64,000 nucleotides of DNA from Eledone cirrhosa (Eukaryota), in the NCBI GenBank assembly GCA_964016885.1, contig OZ024741.1:103850001-103914000 (forward strand), read 5' to 3'. Positions 51,528-64,000 of the stretch are shown piece by piece. The position numbers and the translations under genes are program-made. Every line of letters begins with the position of its first letter. Position 1 is the stretch's first letter. The notes below the pieces were generated by a model, which was not told the origin of the DNA, searched no databases, and saw only the letters and a list, made by a program, of their open reading frames with translations.

Positions 51528-51939
51528 AAAAGATTGTGAAGATTAAAATATGCATTTATTGATGTGTGTAGCCCAGTTTTTAGAAGAGATACACCATATC
51601 CCTGCTGATTATACAAATACAAGGTAACTAAAAGGGGTGGCATTTGGAAGGGCATCCGGCTGTAATAAATTGTTTCAAAATATTTTGTCCTACCTAGAAA
51701 AGCTGATGTAAAGACGATGATAATGATATCACAATCATCATCATCATCTTCATTTAACGTCCATTTTCCACGCTAGCATGGATACATACATATCATTTGA
51801 ATGAAACAGTTGTAGACCTGTAGAAGCCATTTCTATATTAAAATTGATGTTTACACTCTACTAATGTATTGAGTACCTTACTAACTGTGGTTACCCCTGA
51901 TTGTACAGAGAACTCTCTCTCTCACACACACACACACAT

Positions 51940-52512
51940 ATCATCATCATCATCATCATTTAACGTCTATCTTCCACGCTAGCATGGGTTTAGACAGGAA
52001 TTGTCCCACTTGAGGGAAGATTGGTTGTCTCGCTCGTATAGGACTGTCTGGCAGGTTTTCTATGGCTGGATGCCCTTCCTAACACCAACCACATTTACAG
52101 TGTGGACTGGGAGGTTTTTACCGTGTTACCTACACGGCCACATTACAGCATGGACTGTGTGTTTTTTTGTTGTGACACCTACACAACCTCATTTATTTAG
52201 GACTGGATGTTGTGGTACCAACATAACTTTACAGAGAAAGGAGTGGTGCTGATGGGGGTGAGGGTGGGAGAGTTGGGATAGTGGGATGAGGGTGTATATT
52301 TTATTAAGAAGTGCCTACTGACTGTAGGTTTCGCTTTGTACTTAGGCAAGGTGGGTTTTCTGTATTACTGGGTAGCACCAAAGATCTCGGTCCAGTGACA
52401 TTGTCTTAGAGAGGTGTAAGTGTGTAAGGTCGGAATTTATCAAATCGTCCCAGGTTTTTCCGGGTCTGCCTACTCCATAACTTCCGTCAATTTTGATCGC
52501 CCCGCACTTTTA
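51940..52512 (-). mobile_element. RTE 3' end
   Basis: Matches 14555-15002 and 18277-18930. Confidence 0.85.
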
Positions 52513-52756
52513 TATATATATATATATAATTTCATAATAAACAACATAATATAATTATTTCATTACCGAAGATTTCAAGAAACTAGATGATTCTTGCAAG
52601 GAACAACAGTAATGAAATAATGATATTGTGTTGTTTATTATGTAATTAAATAGCTCTGTAGAATACATAGAGCACTCTTATTTCCTTTGCCTTTTCTATT
52701 GAAATACTTAACATATATATGTTTGTATGTGCGCATATACAAGTATATATATATAT

Positions 52757-53329
52757 TAATAATAATAATAATAATGAAATTATTGTGTAAAGTGCTCAGG
52801 TGCACTACAACTCGTCAAAGGTGCATGTATAGTACATAGAATAATACACAAATGTCAAGGAAGTGAATAGTGTATGAGTCATGATATACATGTGTGTATG
52901 TGTATGGAGGGGGAACATTAGGTGTAGTGATGGCGAATCTCGGGAAGCATGGAGGCCTTAAAGGATGCAGTGTCTCGACAGCTAACAACCGATGCAGGTA
53001 TTTGTTCCATGCTTCAGCAACTCTGAGCGTGAAAAAATGTTTCCGAAAGTCATGGGAACTGTGCTGTTTTCTGACTTTGTGGGCATGCCCACATGTGTTA
53101 GACACATGGAAATCAAAAAGGTACTCAGGGTTGTTGTTGGCAAGATGGTTAACAATTTTGTGGGTGTTTACCAAGTCAGTTGCCAGGCGTCGGAGCTTCA
53201 ATGTATCCATGCCCAGGGAAGCAAGGCGCTCAGCGTATGGTAAATGCCTGATGGAGGGTATTCGCTTGGTTGCAGGTCTCTGAACAGTTTCCAGATGGTC
53301 AATGTTCTGAGCAAGATAGGGGTTCCAGA
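52757..53329 (-). mobile_element. CR1-clade LINE 3' fragment
   Basis: Reverse complement of the 47680-48238 type. Confidence 0.9.
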
Positions 53330-53757
53330 TATAAATATTTGCTCTAGGGTTCTTGTATATTTGATATATATTTATCCTTATCGGGCCCTCTTTGGATTTT
53401 AGTCTTCACATTTATTATTATTACTATATACAGTATATATATGTGTGTGTGTGTTTGTATACATATATGTATATATATATATATATTATCAGCGCAGATT
53501 AAATGTTTAAGTATACAATTTCTACTTTCACCCTTATACAAGATCGTCAGAAGATCCCTTATAAGGATGATAGCAGAAATCGATTGCCTAACGGGACTAA
53601 TAATAAATATTTACTCTACAGTTTTATATAGGTATATATATAAATATATATATATATCGTTGGGTAAAAATATAGATATTCAATATATATGATGATGATG
53701 ATGACAACCCTTATCCAGTCCTTTGTGGATTTTGGACATTGTATTTATTATTACTAC

Positions 53758-53789
<32 letters not shown>

Positions 53790-53794
<5 letters not shown>

Positions 53795-54995
53795 AAAATT
53801 AATCTAAATCAAATGAATTTAATCTAAATCAAAATTATGGGTGTCATGCCAGAAAGACATGCGCCATATCACCCGCAAAATAACCTCTAAGATTCTAACG
53901 AGTAGGTCCAAGCATTTTATAATAACTAGAAATTGATTAACATATAAATAAACATGAATAATCACAGGAGATAATTTTTACAAGTGTGTAACCATACATA
54001 GCTAGGTAGGTAACTAAATAATGTTGACCAGAACTTAAAAAATAGATACCTTATAATATGATTAATCTTCCCTGTATATATTCCATTAAAGAAATATATT
54101 TCACCAATTAATCAGAATGTAAACCACGGAAGTGGAGACTTGGATTTTCAACAAGGAAGAAGTTCCAGCGATCCGTGTTTACACTTCAAGTTCAAATCAG
54201 CGAAAATCCAAGTCTCCACTTCCGTGGTTTACCATCCGATTAATTGGTGAAATATATTTCTTTAATGGAATATATACAGGGAAGATTAATCATATTATAA
54301 GGTATCTATTTTTTAAGTTCTGGTCAACTTTATTTAGTTACCTACCTAGCTATGTATGGTTACACACTTGTAAAAATTATCTCCTGTGATTATTCATGTT
54401 TATTTATATGTTAATCAATTTCTAGTTATTTTAAAATGCTCGGACCTACTCGTTAGAATCTTAGAGCTTATTTTGCGGGTGATATGGCGCATGTCTTTCT
54501 GGCATGACACCCATAATTTTGATTTAGATTAAATTCATTTGATTTAGATTAATTTTGGATATAGATATATAAATACGGCTCCTTAATTGTAGAGCTAACT
54601 CTCTTGAAAGGACTCAACTGCTGTTTCTAGTTGTCGATAACCCTATTCACGCCACTGGGAAGAAGCTAGTATGATGTGTGTATTTCTAGTAGATATAACA
54701 CGTGGTGCTGGCCAGTCGCTGATTTGAACTTGAAGTGTAAACACGGATCGCTGGAAATTCTTCCTTGTTGAAAATCCAAGTCTCCACTTCCGTGGTTTAC
54801 CATCCGATTAATTGGTGAAATATATTTCTTTAATGGAATATATACAGGGAAGATTAATCATATTATAAGGTATCTATTTTTGAAGTTCTGGTCAACTTTA
54901 TTTAGTTACCTCCTAGCTATGTGTGGTTACACACTTGTAAAAATTATCTCCTGCATTATTCATGTTTATTTATATGTTAATCAATTTCTAGTTAT
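53790..54995. mobile_element. Non-coding element with an inverted arm plus a ~568-bp tandem unit (pLTR-like)
   Basis: 53790-54148 is the inverse of 54203-54562; 54771-54995 directly repeats 54203-54430. Confidence 0.7.
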
Positions 54996-55029
54996 TATAT
55001 ATATATATACACATACATACATACATATG

Positions 55030-55856
55030 AACACCAATGTTGCATGGTAGTGAGACCTGGGCACTGTGTGCAAAAGACTTGCATAGATTGGAAAGAAATG
55101 AAGCTTGCATGCTCCAATGGATGTGTAACATACAAGAACGGTGAACCATGAACAAACTAAGAGAGAAACTAGACGTAAGAGGAATCAAATGCTGTATGCA
55201 GCAGAAGAGACTGCGTTGGTATGGACATGTGATGCATATGAAAAATGACAGCTGCATAAAAAGGTGCAGAGCACTCAAAGCTGATGGAAGCGTTGGAGTG
55301 TGTGGGGGAGCAAGATGACTTAAGATAAGGTGATAAAAGCTGATCTTGCCCAATTGCACCTCTCAAAGGCGATGACACAGGATCGAAACCTCTGGCGTTA
55401 CACAGTAATACAGAAGACCCAACTTCCCACAAGCCGAAGATGAAGCATACATACAGTATGCACCACCCCACCCCCACCATCCCATACATCTCCTACGAGG
55501 ACAGTATGAAGTATACATCTGGTGAAGCCCCCAGTCCACACTGTAAAGTGGTCATGCTGGTGACATGGCAAAAAGTGCCCAGCCCACACTGTAAAGTCGG
55601 CATGTAGGTCTCACAACAAAAAGCACCCAGTCCACACTGTAAAGTGGTCGTGTTGGTAACGTGACAAAAAACACCCAGTACTCATTGTAAATGAGGTTGC
55701 CGTTAGGAAGGGCATCCAGCTGTAGAAACCAAGCCAAAATCAGTTCGGTATGTGCAAGACATGGTCACCTGACTTAACATTGCCTATAACAAGACTTGTC
55801 TAAACCATGCTAGCATGGAAGAATGGATGTAAAACTGATGATGATGATGATGATGA
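55030..55856 (+). mobile_element. RTE 3' fragment
   Basis: LHGSETWAL, RLRWYGHVM, 3' UTR subrepeats and (GAT)n tail. Confidence 0.85.
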
Positions 55857-56454
55857 TATATGTATAGAGCAAATCATTCAAGAATAACAGAACATATATC
55901 ACTTATCTAATTAAGTCGTAGGTCAAATAACAGGGTGTCAGTTGTATTGAAATACTTAAATGTTATTTGGAACTTTCCAATAATGAATTGGAAGTTATAA
56001 TAGAATTAGTACTTTATCTTATAACAAAACTGCCTTTAACCAAAATGCATCATATTATGATAATGCTTTACCTCAGTCTGGCCACATTGATAAAATTAGA
56101 TATATAAATAGTAATGTAACTGAGGGTAGGCCACATAGTATAGTATCTTACAATATGGCAATGAAAAAAATCTTGATTGGAACATCATCATAATAATCTC
56201 TATAACCATAAAAATGATAAGAATACACAAACATAAAACACTGATAGTATAGATAATAATAATAAATATAATAAGGACAGTAAAATAATCACACGTATAT
56301 CTAAATCGTATAATCCCTACATAAAACCTATAACCCAACATAACATTAACATTAAATAGAAACCACTGAAACCACTGATATATCTACACATGATTAAATA
56401 ATAATATAAACATAAGCCAAGATAAAAATAAAAAGCAAAATCGCAGATTACGCA

Positions 56455-56905
56455 CATTTTTTTTAACCTACCAGTTAGTTTAAGCATGTCTACTAACATA
56501 CCTAAACACTCCTCTATAATAGATAGAAACTTCCCACTAGACATAGATACCATAAACTAATTAACAAAAATACGATTAAACTCTCATTCTCAACCAAACC
56601 AAATATAGACGCACAATTGGCTTTTAGTAACAATAGGAAAATCAAAAAACACACTAAATCCTTGAAACTGAATAATAACACACAAGTATTGAATATATCT
56701 AACCAAAACAACCAAAATAACCTTTCAAATAATAATATCAGTAACCCACTACCTGGTATTATGAATAACATAACATTACATCTAACTATAAATAATATTA
56801 GCACCCATGGCAACAGTATTATTCCAATTAATAATGTTAACCTAAGATCTACAATCCCTCATACTAACTCTATAATTAATCCTAATTGTAACTTCCAATG
56901 CATTA
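56455..56905 (+). mobile_element. Penelope-like element fragment (thumb/linker)
   Basis: IIDRNFP..YHKLINKNTIKLSFSTKPNI, homologous to the 41058-41715 ORF. Confidence 0.7.
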
Positions 56906-57238
56906 ATTAGATAAGTGATATATGTTATCTGTTATCCTTGAATGATTTGTATTAATATTTCATTAATTGTTTTCGATTTTAATTAAACTAGTTTTAATTA
57001 AACTAGTTTAATTAAACTAGTTTATACTAACTAATAGCAAATTGTTAAATAAAATAAATTGCTGTTGGTGGTATATTCTCATGGGAAGAAACAATTGTCA
57101 GTGATTAAATGTCTTGAACTTTTAATTTTGGCTTATAAGTACATTGTAACTATATACTGGCTCTGCTTGATCCTATCATAGCATTGAGCTACAATACACC
57201 TAGTAAATGAGTAAAATTTACTCTCATAAATATTACTA

Positions 57239-57279
<41 letters not shown>

Positions 57280-57396
57280 AATAATAATAATAATAATATA
57301 GATGAGATGTTAAATTTCATTAAGTGTGACATGTGTTTCGCGATTGATCAGCTCAAGGTTCGATCTGTATCGATTGGGTCTATATTTATGTATGAA

Positions 57397-57429
<33 letters not shown>

Positions 57430-57614
57430 GTGTATGTCTGTGTGTATGTATATATCATCATCATCGTCATTTTAACGTCCACTTTCCCTGCTTGCAAGGG
57501 TTAGACAGGTCAGTACTGAAGTGGGGCTACTGATCTTCCAGACAGGCCAGGGATCTGCATCCCACTTACATACAGTCTCACATTTTACCAATATATATAT
57601 ATGTATATATATAT

Positions 57615-58277
57615 AAACGGAAAAAATGAAACGAAATTTCATTTCTCACTCTTAGTACGGCTGTTACTTAAATATAAGTATGTATACGTACATACATATA
57701 TGTATACAGATGTACAGTAGTATGTATATATATATATACATATATACATACATGCACACATATACATGTACGTATGGATTCACCAAACATTTATTATAAT
57801 GCTCGATGTGTTTGTAAACAAACATCCCAAATTAAGCCGTACAGTGTCTAGCAACCATCGTTGCTCATTTGTTCAACACTGACAAAGGAACGCTGTACTA
57901 GTTTCAAGCTTATTAGCTATCGTCAGCAACGTATACCTTCCTGCCAGATGGTTGAACGTCTGAAAGTATATACTTTCCTTATGCATATTAACGGCTGAGC
58001 AGCCTAATTTGCACATTGAGTGAGTTAATCGGCCGGGGTACCGAAAACGATAAACGGAAAAAATGAAACAAAATTTCATTTCTCACTCTGAGTACGGCTG
58101 TTACTTAAATATAAGTATGTATACGTACATACATATATGTATACAGATGTACAGTAGTATGTATATATATATATACATATATACATACATGCACACATAT
58201 ATACATGTACGTATGGATTCACCGAACATTTATTATAATGCTCGGTGTGTTTGTAAACAAACATCCCAAATTAAGCC
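57615..58277 (-). mobile_element. Retrozyme/pLTR-like unit with ~225-bp direct repeats (period ~438 bp)
   Basis: 57615-57838 is repeated at 58053-58277; a hammerhead lies between the repeats. Confidence 0.7.
57890..57932 (-). ncRNA. Minimal type I hammerhead ribozyme
   Basis: ACGTTG-CTGACGA-TAGCT-AATA-AGCTT-GAAA-CTAG-TA-CAGCGT; 6-bp stem I, palindromic stem III, GUA site. Confidence 0.82.
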
Positions 58278-58369
58278 TAAAAGTGCACCATTTTCTGTAA
58301 TCTGACAAGCGATTGAAATACTCTTAGCAGAGTTTGCTGCCATCATATATATATATATGTATGTATATA

Positions 58370-59135
58370 AGCTTGCTCCGATGGATGTGTAATAGTAATA
58401 TACGAGAATGGCAAAGCATAAATGAACTGAGAGAGAAACTAGGCATAAAAGGAATCAAATGCTGTGTGCAGGAGAGAAGACAGCATTGGTATGGACATGT
58501 GATGTGTATGAAGGATAACAGCTGCATAAAAAGGTACAGAGCACTCAAAGTTGATGGAAGCCTTGGAATGGGGAGACCCAAGAAGACCTGGGATGAAGTG
58601 ATAAAAGCCAATCTTGCCCAATTGCACTTCTCAAAGGTGATGGCACAGGACCAAGACCTCTGGTGTCATGCAGTAGACCCAACTTCCCACAAGCACAGGC
58701 TGAAACTGAAGCATATATATAGTATGCACCACCCATCTACACCCTCACATGAGGACAGGCTGAAGTATACATCCAATGAAGCCCCCAGCCCACACTGTAA
58801 AGTGGTTGTGTAGGTGTCACGACAAAAAGCACCCAGTCCACACTAAAGAGGTCGTGTATGGCAAAAGCACGCAGCCCACACTGTAAAGTGGTCGTGTTGG
58901 CGACATGGCAAAAGCACCCAGTCCACATTGTAAAGTGGTCGTATTGGTGACACAAAAAAAGCACCCAGTACTCACTATAATTGAGGTAGGCGTTAGGAGG
59001 TGCATTCAGTTGTAGAAACCATACCAAAATTAGTTCTGTATGTGCAAGACATGGTCACCTGACCTAGCATTGCCCACAACAAGACAACCTGTGTAAACCA
59101 TGCTAGCACATGAAAATGGACTTAAAACGGTGTTG
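58370..59135 (+). mobile_element. RTE 3' fragment
   Basis: LLRWMCNS, HWYGHVM and GRPKKTW motifs; 3' UTR subrepeats. Confidence 0.85.
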
Positions 59136-59234
59136 ATGCGATGTCAACATGAATGGACCTGGTATTTTTATCTAAAGACATTTTTTCCTATTCCAACCTG
59201 CCCGTCCTCTCAATCTATCTTATTTCTCATTCTT

Positions 59235-59270
59235 TCTTCTGATGAAGGACTAGCGTCCGAAACGTTAAGA
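59235..59270 (+). ncRNA. Minimal hammerhead ribozyme motif
   Basis: TCTT-CTGATGA-A-GGAC-TAGC-GTCC-GAAA-CG-TT-AAGA. Confidence 0.68.
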
Positions 59271-59356
59271 CCCTCTTCCTGCTATATCAAGCATTAACCT
59301 AATATATCCTTTCCATATACTGTACCAATTGTGTTGTTATTTCTGTTTACCTTTTG

Positions 59357-61640
59357 CGGGGGGAGCAGGGTACATTACATAGAGACCAAGAGGGAAGCTA
59401 GGTGACAAGTATACTTAGCTAGGAGGGAAGCAGAGGATAGAAAATTCAAGCATGTTTTGCAACGTGAGGACCAGAAACAGGAGGTGTTCAAGATTGCAAG
59501 GCAGTGTGTCAGAGAGAATTGTGATGTCATTGGAAAGAAGTGTATCCGGAATGATAAAGGTGAGCTTGCCCTCACAAGTGCTGAGAAGAAAGATGCATGG
59601 AAGAGCCATTATGATAGATTACTAAATGAGGAGAATGCATGGGAAGAAGAGACCCTACCTCAAGTAGACCCTATAGAGGGGCCAGCAGTACAAGTCAGCA
59701 GCAGCATAGTAAGTAAGGCAATCAAAGATATGAAGATGGGGAAGGCAACCAGTCCATCGGGTATAGCTGCCGAGATGCTGAAGGCATCTGGGTCTGTAGG
59801 TCACACTATAACCACACGTATTGTTAACCAGGTAATACTAGAAGGTGTCATACCAAAAGATTGGTGCAGTAGCATCATTGTCAACTACTACAAAAGTAAA
59901 GGTGATGCACTAGATAGAGGAAACTATAGAGGTATAAAGCTGATGGACCAGGTCATGAAAGTAACAGAAAGAGTTATAGCACAGTTGATTAGGGAGCTGG
60001 TGAAACTAGATGAGATGCAATTTAGGTTTGTACCAGGAAGAGGCACCACTGATGCCCTCTTCCTTGTGAGGCAGTTACAGGAAAAGTACCTAGCTAAAAG
60101 TAAGCCACTCTACCTGGCATTCGTCGATCTCGAGAAAGCCTTTGACAGAGTTCCACGTGCTGTAATCTGGTGGGCTCTTAGAAAACTAGGAGTAGATGAA
60201 TGGCTTGTGAAAGCTGTACAAGCCATGTACAGGGGAACAGTTAGCAAAGTTAGGATTAGCAATGAGTATAGCGAGGAATTTAGCGTACAGGTTGGGGTCC
60301 ACCAGGGCTCTGTTCTTAGCCCTCTCCTGTTCATCATAGTCCTGCAGGCAATAACGGAGGAGTTTAAGACCAGATGCCCATGGGAACTCCTGTATGCTGA
60401 TGACCTCGCACTTATAGCTGAATCTATGGTAGAACTAGAGAAGAAATTCCAAACTTGGAAGCAGGGACTAGAAAGAAAGGGTCTCAAAGTCAACATGACA
60501 AAGATTAAGGTCCTTGTAAGTAGACGAGAAAACAGAACCCAGATCCCTTCAGGGAAATGGCCTTGCTCAGTATGTAGGAAAGGTGTAGGTAGGAACTCCA
60601 TTCTCTGCCCCAAATGCAAACAATGGGTACTCAAGAGATGTAGCGGGATGTCAGGAAGCTTAATTAAGAATGTAGGCTTCACATGCAGCAGCTGTGCTGG
60701 GACAGCAAGCAGCAAACAGCCACAGGAAACAAGTACCACCAATCTCTGGGAGGGCTCTGTAGAAACAGTAGACAGCTTCTGCTACCTAGGTGACCGAATT
60801 AGCAGCAGAGGTGGGTGTTCAGAAAGTACAATAACTAGGGTAAGAACGGGATGGAAGAAGTTCAGGGAACTACTGCTACTGCTAGCTGCAAAAGGCTTCT
60901 CCCTCAAAATGAAAGGCAAACTGTATGATGCGTGTATCCGAACAACAATGTTACATGGTAGTGAGACCTGGGCGCTGAAGGTGGAAGACTTACGTAGATT
61001 AGAAAGAAACGAAGCCTGCATGCGCCGATGGATGTGTAATAGTAATATAAGCGAACGGCAAAGCAGAAATGAATTGAGAGAGAGACTGAGCATAAGAGGA
61101 ATCAAATGCTGTGTGCAGGAGAGGCGGTTGCGTTGGTATGGACATGTGATGGTATGGACATGCGTTGGTATGGACAAGTCAATGGAAACCGCGGAGTGGG
61201 GAGACCCAAGAAGACCTGGGATGAGGTGATAAAAGCCGACCTTACCCAATTACACCTCTCAAAGGCGATGACACACGACTGTGACCTCTGGCGTCACGCA
61301 GTAATACAGAGTACCCGACTTCCCATGGGTACAAGCTGAAGCATATAGACAATATGCCCCCACACCCTCCCACTGCAAGGTGGTCGTGGAGGTGCCACAA
61401 CAAAAAAGCACCCAGCCCACACTGTAAAGTGGACGTGTAGGCGCCATGGAAAAAGCACCCAGCACTCACTGTAAATGAGGTTGGTGTTAGGAAGGGCATC
61501 CATCTGTAGAAATCAAGCCAAAATCAGTTCCTGTATGAGCAAGGCATGGTCAGCCGACCAGACACTGCCCACAACAGGACAACCCGTCTAACCCATGCTA
61601 GCATGGAAGAACGGACGTAAAATGGTGATGATGATGATGA
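59357..61640 (+). mobile_element. 5'-truncated RTE LINE (ORF 59457-61229)
   Basis: NYRGIKL, DLEKAFDRVP, GVHQGSVLSP, LLYADDL, PHD-like finger; (GAT)n tail. Confidence 0.94.
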
Positions 61641-61659
61641 TATATATATATATATATAT

Positions 61660-62203
61660 CATCAGTATCATCATTTTACGTCCGCTTTTCTCTGCTTGCA
61701 AGAGTGGGACGGGTCCTATTCAGCACAGCATCTCTCCACTTGTCACGGTCCTTCGTCATCTCCACCCTGAGCTTCAGTGATCTGAGGTCTGCTCTCACCA
61801 CCTTCTCTCATGTTTTTCGTGGTATTCCTCTAATGCGTCTTTCTTCAACTGGCATTTCTTGGCACTTCTTTACCCAGCGGTCATCCTCCATGCGCATCAC
61901 ATGTCCATACCATTGCAGTCTTCTCTCCCGCACACTACAACTAATCCCTCTTAAACACAGTTTCTTTCTCAACACATCCATGATCGGTCATTCATGCACA
62001 TCCAACAGAGCATGCTTGCCTCATTTCTCTCCAGCTGTTGCATATCCTCTGCAGTTGCTGCCCATGTCTTACTACCATGCAGCATTGCGCACCTCACACA
62101 GGCATCATATAACCAGCCTTTCGTACGCAGAGAGAAACCCTTCTTCGTCCTTATTCTAGATACTATGGCCTCGGAACACCCCCTCCCATGCTAATCTGAT
62201 CAC
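61660..62203 (-). mobile_element. RTE-clade LINE 3' fragment
   Basis: Minus strand MLHGSKTW and WYGHVMRMEDD motifs. Confidence 0.75.
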
Positions 62204-62232
62204 CTATATATATATATTGAATATAGAAAAGT

Positions 62233-62279
62233 CTTCTACAGGACTAGAACTGTTTCATTCTGGAGAAATCATCAGGAAG
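62233..62279 (-). ncRNA. Type I hammerhead ribozyme motif
   Basis: CTTC-CTGATGA-TTTCTCCAGAAT-GAAA-CAG-TTCTAGTC-CTG-TA-GAAG. Confidence 0.75.
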
Positions 62280-62544
62280 CCGACTGTCCAAGTAATATGG
62301 TGGTATTTATATCTTTTCTGGTGGTAGGAGAGGGTGGTGATTGGGATGGGGGGAGGTCATTGGTTGATGGGTTTAAAGAAAAGGGAATTCTTTAAAAACT
62401 ATATTTAGAGTAACAAAGGCAGAAAGAATTCTATACACATGTTCACCCTGGGGGTGCCAATCCTGATTTTCAAGGTTCACTTAAGCTAACAATGGCTATG
62501 GTCAGGTGTCTACAAACACACTCACACAAAGACACCTTCTTATA

Positions 62545-63945
62545 CTTATATACTACTACTGAGGAACCTTTAGGTGACTCTGATCATGCTATTATCATTG
62601 CCAATCTATCCCTCATGGGCAGTAACAAAAACCACAACCATCTCCAAACTGCTCACTTTGACTGGAATAAAGCAGACTGGAACTGTTACTGCACCGAGTT
62701 GCAATGTCCAAACTGGCTTGAGTTCTACGACTCTGGAGACGTCAACACTGTACTCCAGAACATCCTGAGCTCAATATGGACAGCATGTGCAGCATCGGTG
62801 CCACGTAAGCAGAAAAAACATCCCAAAAGTGCAATTTGGGAGACTGCAGCAGTCCATCTTGCCAGAAAAGAACGTCGTAATGCTGAACGTGAGTACAAAC
62901 TGCATAAATCAGATATCAATAGGAAGAAGCGAAAGAAATCATCCAACCATCTCAAACAGGTGACAAAAAAGGCAGTGCTTCAATTTGAGCAGCGCATAGC
63001 AACCAGCCCTGACAGTAAGGTGTTCTGGAAGTATGTTCACTCAAAGCAGAGGCTTCACTCTCCAGTTGGTCCTCATCACAATCCCCACACAAGCCAGGTT
63101 ATTGACGACCCCAAGCAATGCGCAGAGCTCATTGCTGAATGCTATGCAGGCATTTTCACTATTGAAGACCAGAGTGTACCGTCTCCACCACCTCTGACAT
63201 CGAATTCTATTACAACTATGGAATTTACACCTGCAATGCTGCAACGTCACCTTAAAAATAAATGCAACCATGCCTCTCCTGGTCTTGATGGTGTTACGTA
63301 CCTGCTTCTCAAACGTGGTGGGTACTTCCTTCTGCACCAATTATCACGCTTCTTTCAATACTATCTGAACAACAGTGCTACTCCAGAACAGTGGAAAACT
63401 GCCAGTTCAAAAAGGGTGACCGCACATCACCTGTGAACTATCGTCCAGTCAGTCTTACTAGCTACATTGCCAAACTGATGGAATCCTGTGTCAGAGAAGT
63501 TCTTTGGAACTTCTGGAACTCTCACAGTCTTATCTGGCCCTCGCAATTTGGATTTATCCCTAACTCCAGCTGCTGTGATAAACTTATCGAGTTTCTTGAA
63601 GACATCACCCGGATCACTGATGGCGGCTCATGGGTGGATGTTGTTTACCTTGACTTTGCTAAAGCTTTCAATTCTGTGCCACACAAAAGACTTATGGCAA
63701 AACTCTCTGCAATAGCTGTCGAGACACTGCATCCTTTAAAACCTCCATGCTTCCTGAGATTCGCCAACACTACACCTAATATTCCCCCTCCATACACACA
63801 CACGCATGTATATCACTTCCCTGATATTTGTATATTATTCTATGTACTATACATGCACCTTTGACGAGTTGTAGTGCACCTGAGCACTGTACACAATAAT
63901 TTCATTATTATTAATCATTATTATTTCATTATTATTATTATTATA
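62545..63945 (+). mobile_element. CR1-clade LINE, 5'-truncated and internally deleted
   Basis: LGDSDH, KVFWKYV, SPGLDG, NYRPVSLTS and YLDFAKAFNSVPH motifs, then a jump at ~63712 to the 3' end; (ATT)n tail. Confidence 0.9.
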
Positions 63946-64000
63946 ATATATATATATATACATATATATATATGTGTGTGTATACACACACACATATACA

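Noticed and set aside
52558-52618. Further hammerhead-like strings (also ~21325-21430, 29800-29840, 53545-53600)
   Set aside because: Two or more core positions are altered or stems cannot be closed; too degenerate to call.
17716-60742. Antisense ORFs over RTE, mariner and CR1 elements
   Set aside because: Shadow frames of transposon coding sequence.
43963-64000. Next BBOF1 exons
   Set aside because: Candidate acceptors (45454, 47295, 50376) give no BBOF1-like peptide; the remaining exons are probably beyond the window or were missed.

Overview
AT-rich, repeat-dense eukaryotic genomic DNA, inferred to be cephalopod/Octopus-like from its (TA)n and (ATC)n microsatellites and its RTE-tailed tRNA-SINEs. 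The host gene is a BBOF1/CCDC176 (basal body orientation factor 1) homologue on the + strand. I can splice seven of its coding exons in frame (4144-43962); the rest lies outside the window or was not found. One of its introns appears to use a non-canonical GA 5' splice site. The introns hold nested mobile DNA: a rearranged Tx1/L1-clade LINE, many RTE LINEs with an embedded PHD-type zinc finger, CR1 fragments, Penelope-like elements (PLEs), mariner and DD37D transposons, MITEs, non-autonomous Helitron-like elements and SINEs. The strongest unannotated signal is about 10 hammerhead-ribozyme motifs in PLE pseudo-LTRs and small non-coding retrozyme-like units. Two of these families carry the covaried U3-A8 core (UUGANAA). 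All calls were read by eye; repeat boundaries are approximate and no databases were searched.
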